From positions 303,587 to 367,586 of the forward strand of contig OZ287713.1 of NCBI GenBank assembly GCA_965649825.1: a stretch of 64,000 nucleotides of DNA, in the 5' to 3' direction. Shown here in pieces: positions 59,774-64,000 of the stretch. Position 1 is the first letter of the stretch. Each line of letters begins with the position of its first letter. The notes under the pieces were generated by a model that did no database searches, had not been told where the DNA came from, and saw only the letters and a program-made list of their open reading frames with translations. Both the position numbers and the translations under genes were made by a program. This stretch comes from Penicillus capitatus. Taxonomy: Eukaryota > Plantae > Chlorophyta.

Positions 59774-62640
59774 ATGATGCGTCAACGACACCAAGCGGCT
59801 CGCCGCGTCGTTTCGCCGGACAAACCGCCGTCTGTTGCCAAACCCTCGACGCCGCCGACCAAAGGGCCCTTCTGGATCACATGGGGGCTCTTTACAGCGG
59901 CAATGGTACATATGCGTTCTGTCGGCGATGGGTGAGGCGCGTTGAAGGTGGCTGTGATATGGTACTGGATCTATTGGACCCCACCACCGCTCACTCGTGA
60001 CGCACCGATGGATGTCTTCTCCGAGCAACGCGCGTTGGAACACGTTCGGGTCTTGAGCGACGAGATCGGACACCGTCAGGTCTACTGATCACGCGGCATT
60101 ATGGTGTTTGACTGTGTGGCAGGTCTCGACGCAAGGTCTGCGAGAAGCTGCTGAGTATCTGCTACGTGAGTGTCAATCTCTGGTCGACTTGGCACATAGA
60201 CGTCCGGACTTGGAAGCGACGGTCTGCTCCCATATGGCGTCGGATGGTGATCGAGATGGCGTGAGATGTAGGTGGATGTGGAGCGAGTGTCCGGTGCAAT
60301 CGTGGACAAAATCTTTAAGAAGCATCTGATCAATGTCTACCGTCATCTGACGAATGTGGTGCTCTTCGTGGGACCCAAAGAGGCAAGCAACAGATCAGCT
60401 GTTCTGATCAATGCACACTACGATAGCGCCTTGGGTTCTCCTGGAGCAGCCGATTGCGCATCCTGTGTGGGCGTGGGACTTGAAGTTGTACGGACATTGA
60501 TTGAACGTAAAGAGCCGTTGTCGCGTCCAATTGTGTTGCTCCTGAATGGAGGCGAAGAGACACTGTTACAGGCAGAGAGGTATAGGATCCAGAGATGATG
60601 TGACAGCTATGGTGTCTGCTAGGCAGCGCATGGGTTCGTAACGCAGAGTGCCTGGCGCGATCGTATCGGAAGCTTTATCAACGTGGAATCGACGGGATCT
60701 GGCGGCGGGCCAATGCTCTTTCAGTTCACAGGCAGTTGGACACTGCGAGCCTACGCCTCGAGCGTTCCTTTTCCCAGAGGCGTCGTCTTGGCACAGGAGT
60801 TCTTTGAGTCGAGGATCATTCCGGCGGACACCGATTTTCGTATGCTCTCTTCGGCGCATCACGGTGCGTATCCCGGTGTCGATATCGCTACGATTTTGGA
60901 CGCGACGGCTTATCACACCGATCGAGACACCTTCTCGCGCCTCAAGACGGGACCCACACAAGTGCCCATTCCTCATGCGGATGCATTCTCCCAAGACATG
61001 TATGCGATTAGGAGTTTGGCAATGCGATTGTGGCATTGACATTGAAGATGATGGAGATGCTTGAGATGCATGACAGTGACAGCTCCGATGCGAAATGGGT
61101 CTTTGCCGATGCCAGTCATTTCGTAATGGTGCTCTATTCCATTCAAACAGCCAAGTGGATTCATGGTCTGCCATTCCTCCTGATCTCAATTGCCTTTTTG
61201 CTGGCATCGAAGAAAATGCGTTTCTTAGTGACAGCCGTCGTCAGTGTCTTGCAGCATATGCTGTCACTCATACTGGCTCTCGCTCTTCCGGTGCTCTCCG
61301 GAGCGACACGTGTGCTTCTCTCAGGTACAATGGCTGTCGATGCAAAACCTCTCTGCAAAACCGCATTCTAGGTCGACCCGTGACATGGTTTTCGCATCAT
61401 CTGGCGGCTTTTGCCTTTTACTGGCCCATATCTGCGGCTGGATTCATGATCCCTCACGGCCAAGATGGACACCCAGAACACGTCGCCTCGCGATTTGCTG
61501 GGGTCAGTCTGATGACAGGGACACTGGCCTGGACACTCACCTTTGCGAACATCGGCTCATCCATCATTCCCTTCGCTGTATCCCTCAGCACCTCCATTGC
61601 CTGTCTCGCCATCGTCTGCCGTCAGAAACTGGACATGACCATGCTCTTGACACTGCTCTCTGGATGCATCTCTTTCTCTGCTTCACTGCTCTTGGTGTTG
61701 ATCCGACATATCATGGAGAAGATCAGCATTGCTGGTGGTCGGCGATCCGCTTTGGGCTTTCTGATTCCGGATAGCGTCATCGGTGGGTTAAACGGTTTTC
61801 TCGTCTTCTTTGTCCTACTTCCTCTTTCTCCTTTGCTTACCACTCGATGGCAGTCACATTCCAAGAGTCGGCTGATCAAAGGTCTGTTGGCTGGAGGACT
61901 GGTGGCGGGTATCGCCTCCAGCTTTCTCTTTCCGTATTCTCTGCAGCATCCCAAGAGAATCTTCCTGAACCATCTGTGCCGACAGCAGTCAGACGGAAGC
62001 TGCATTTCTGTATGGTCCGTTGCTGCGTGGGATGTGACATCTCTCGACATAACGTTGCCCGATTCTCTCAAGGCCCAGACTCCAATCGCCACAGATCCAC
62101 TCGATTGGACAAGCGTCACGCCATTCAATCGCCTTGTCGCCGATATGGCCTTCAAAGGTCCACCATTTCCAGAAGAGGGTCCCTGGGGTACCTACCATCC
62201 CCGTCTGGAGCTCATCCAGCAGTGGCATAACGCTGAGGAAGGCAGCAGGACATTGGAATTTGCGTTAAAATGGGAGAAGCCAGGATGGGGAGCGATGAAC
62301 ATCACCGGTCCAATTCGCAACTGGTCACTTGCTGATCCCAGCGGCATTCAGGTCCTATCCCTGTTTTCTGATCCACGACAACATCGTATGCATCTGTTCG
62401 ATGCAGGCGGAGCAAAACACCATTCGTTTCGCCCAAGATGCCGACGATCCGATATGGTCTTTCTGGATAGAGGCGGAGACGAAGGAGGCGCTGGTTTTGG
62501 AGATTGGTGTGTACTATCCCACGCCATCGGTACAGGTGACCTCTCTGGCCAAGCAGTTCCCTCCGTGGACGACTGTGGTCAGCGGAACATCTTTTGTCAC
62601 TCGCTTTTCTTTTCCTCCTCTATCTGCAACGCACATGTAA
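59774..62640 (+). CDS. M28 family ER metallopeptidase (ERMP1-like)
   Basis: FSEQRALEHV, LINAHYDSALGSPGAADC, LLNGGEETLLQ|AAHGF, FINVESTGSGG, IPADTDFR, AYHTDRD, followed by a multi-TM region. One GC-AG intron at 60572-60622. Confidence 0.92.
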
Positions 62641-62740
62641 CGACTCGATGGTCCTTCTGTGAATAGACACACCATCGCATTGACTTCACGATAACTAGAA
62701 AGACTATTCCGACTTTAACGATCTACTGAAATCGAACAAA

Positions 62741-63152
62741 TCAGCATCGTGACCCATCGCCAGGGGGAAGCCACGCACTGAGCAATTGGAGGTTGAAACG
62801 CAGTTGAGCAGGACTTGTGGTGAGAGGGCTCGATCGGGATGCGACCCTGGATTCGAGATTTTTAGTCGGTCCGACAGAGCGACGACCGTCGACAGCGCCC
62901 AGCTCGCTCGACAATAGCTGCCGCCAAATGGCATTCCTCATGACCGTGATGCCGATGATGGCCTTACCTTGGGGCATGCTCATTCTGCACACGCGTCAAG
63001 AAACTCTCTCCGGCGACATCTCCCCAGAACCAGGCCTCGGGGAGGGCCGCTTCCGCGGCATCTGACGATGGGTGCTCAACGGCCGCCCGCGCCAGGGACA
63101 GCGAGAAGAGGACAACGAGGCAACAGCCGAACCTGGAATCCGCGAGCATCAT
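62741..63152 (-). pseudogene. Truncated 5' copy of the cathepsin X-like gene (exons 1-2, breaks inside intron 2)
   Basis: Near-identical reverse complement of 22303-22715. Homology ends at gatgctga, 100 bp downstream of the M28 stop codon. Confidence 0.9.
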
Positions 63153-63405
63153 TTTGTCATTAGCCCGTCGACCCGCGGATCGTTGAATCTGGTCGTCTCC
63201 GTCCCGACGAGGCCGAAGCATCGGGGATGAACGCTCTCCGGCACGACATGGGCCGAGAGCCGGCCATTTGTCGACGCTCCGGAGTGTGGGGTGCCTCCGA
63301 CCGTCTACGGTTTGCGTACGCGACCGAGTCGTCCGTACGCCGTCGCCTACGGTTCACATACGGTAACAGCAGCTGCGTTGGCATTCTCGATTGCCGGGTG
63401 TTTCC

Positions 63406-64000
63406 ATGCAGCTCGACGACCAGCGCTCAGAGCGTCAGCAACTCGTTTTCCTCGATGTCGGTGGCACGTCCTTCAGGATATGCCGAACGACATTGGCACG
63501 TTACCCCGAATCCCTCCTCGCCAAAATGGCCGAAGAGTTTCCGAACCTCGTCGAGAATCGGGAAGACCTGTACATCGACCGAAGCCCAGTAGCCTTTCCT
63601 TGGATACAAGAGATCTACAGGCAATGCCGCACTCCCTCCGACACCATGTCTACTGTCACTGCAGGGACGGCAACTACAGAGGCGTCATTCCTGATTTGCC
63701 GAAGGAGCTGCTACAGAAGGAACTGGATTTCTATCAGCTGCCTGGATTCTCGGAGCTCTTTGGCGAGAAGGACACAGCGAATCTGGGGCTGCTGCATCGC
63801 GATGCCTATGCGGAGCAGTTGATGAACAACATTCTCCGGGAAATCGAGACGTCGGGTCTAAGGGACTTCTTCCCGTGGACGATTCTGATCTACCACAAGA
63901 TCGTGGACGGGAAACTGGATCCCACTCAGCGCGTCTACGTCTCGCCGCCGCTGCCGATCTCTGACGCAGACTACATCGCCAAAGGCGGTCACCAGGCCTT
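63406..64000 (+). CDS. Second copy of the BTB/KCTD gene (partial, continues beyond the window)
   Basis: Coding sequence matches 21208-22049 as far as visible. Same GC-AG intron at 63621-63664. Confidence 0.9.

Larger units (their letters stand above)
62741..64000. repeat. Right arm of the inverted repeat (runs off the window)
   Basis: Reverse complement of 21455-22715. Confidence 0.97.

Noticed and set aside
1-64000. tRNA, rRNA, CRISPR arrays, transposase/RT/integrase genes
   Set aside because: I saw no cloverleaf or T-loop context, rRNA sequence, regularly spaced repeats, or DDE/RT motifs.
1-64000. Many long antisense or overlapping ORFs in the track (e.g. 13634-14530, 20382-21056, 25860-26744, 59249-60073 N-terminal part)
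   Set aside because: These are shadow ORFs of real genes in ~50% GC DNA, or read-through across introns and promoters.

Overview
This is eukaryotic nuclear DNA from a gene-dense green alga (chlorophyte-like). The lineage is inferred from chlorophyte-type GME, FAD4, an FDX6/FdC2-like relic and KCBP-type MyTH4-FERM domains. It uses the standard genetic code, and most introns are about 45-60 nt. About 30 protein-coding loci are resolvable, including SAM synthetase, a MUG-like glycosylase, an SDR, a wax synthase MBOAT, FHIT, SAC3/GANP, a BTB/KCTD protein, a tandem cathepsin X-like protease, a KH+WW protein, a FAR-17a/AIG1 protein, an F-box/LRR protein, a PPR protein, RPL21, RPB7, FAD4, a RING+CCCH protein, GME and an M28 peptidase. 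I found no rRNA, tRNA, CRISPR array or recognisable transposase/RT. The most unusual signals are: (1) three spliced, motor-less KCBP-derived MyTH4-FERM genes in AT-richer islands, two sharing a ~680-bp near-identical tract with sharply divergent flanks; (2) a near-identical inverted repeat of at least 1.26 kb bracketing ~40 kb and breaking inside the cathepsin gene; (3) a five-copy dispersed ~230-bp repeat with exon/micro-exon/intron-like architecture; (4) same-strand gene pairs with 6-nt or overlapping spacing, which are polycistron candidates; (5) several gene relics (FDX6 lacking its Fe-S core, a DGAT1 3' end, a frameshifted ankyrin exon); (6) recurrent GC-AG introns and (ATCG)n clusters at gene starts. 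Gene models were spliced by eye, and family names come from remembered motifs rather than database searches.
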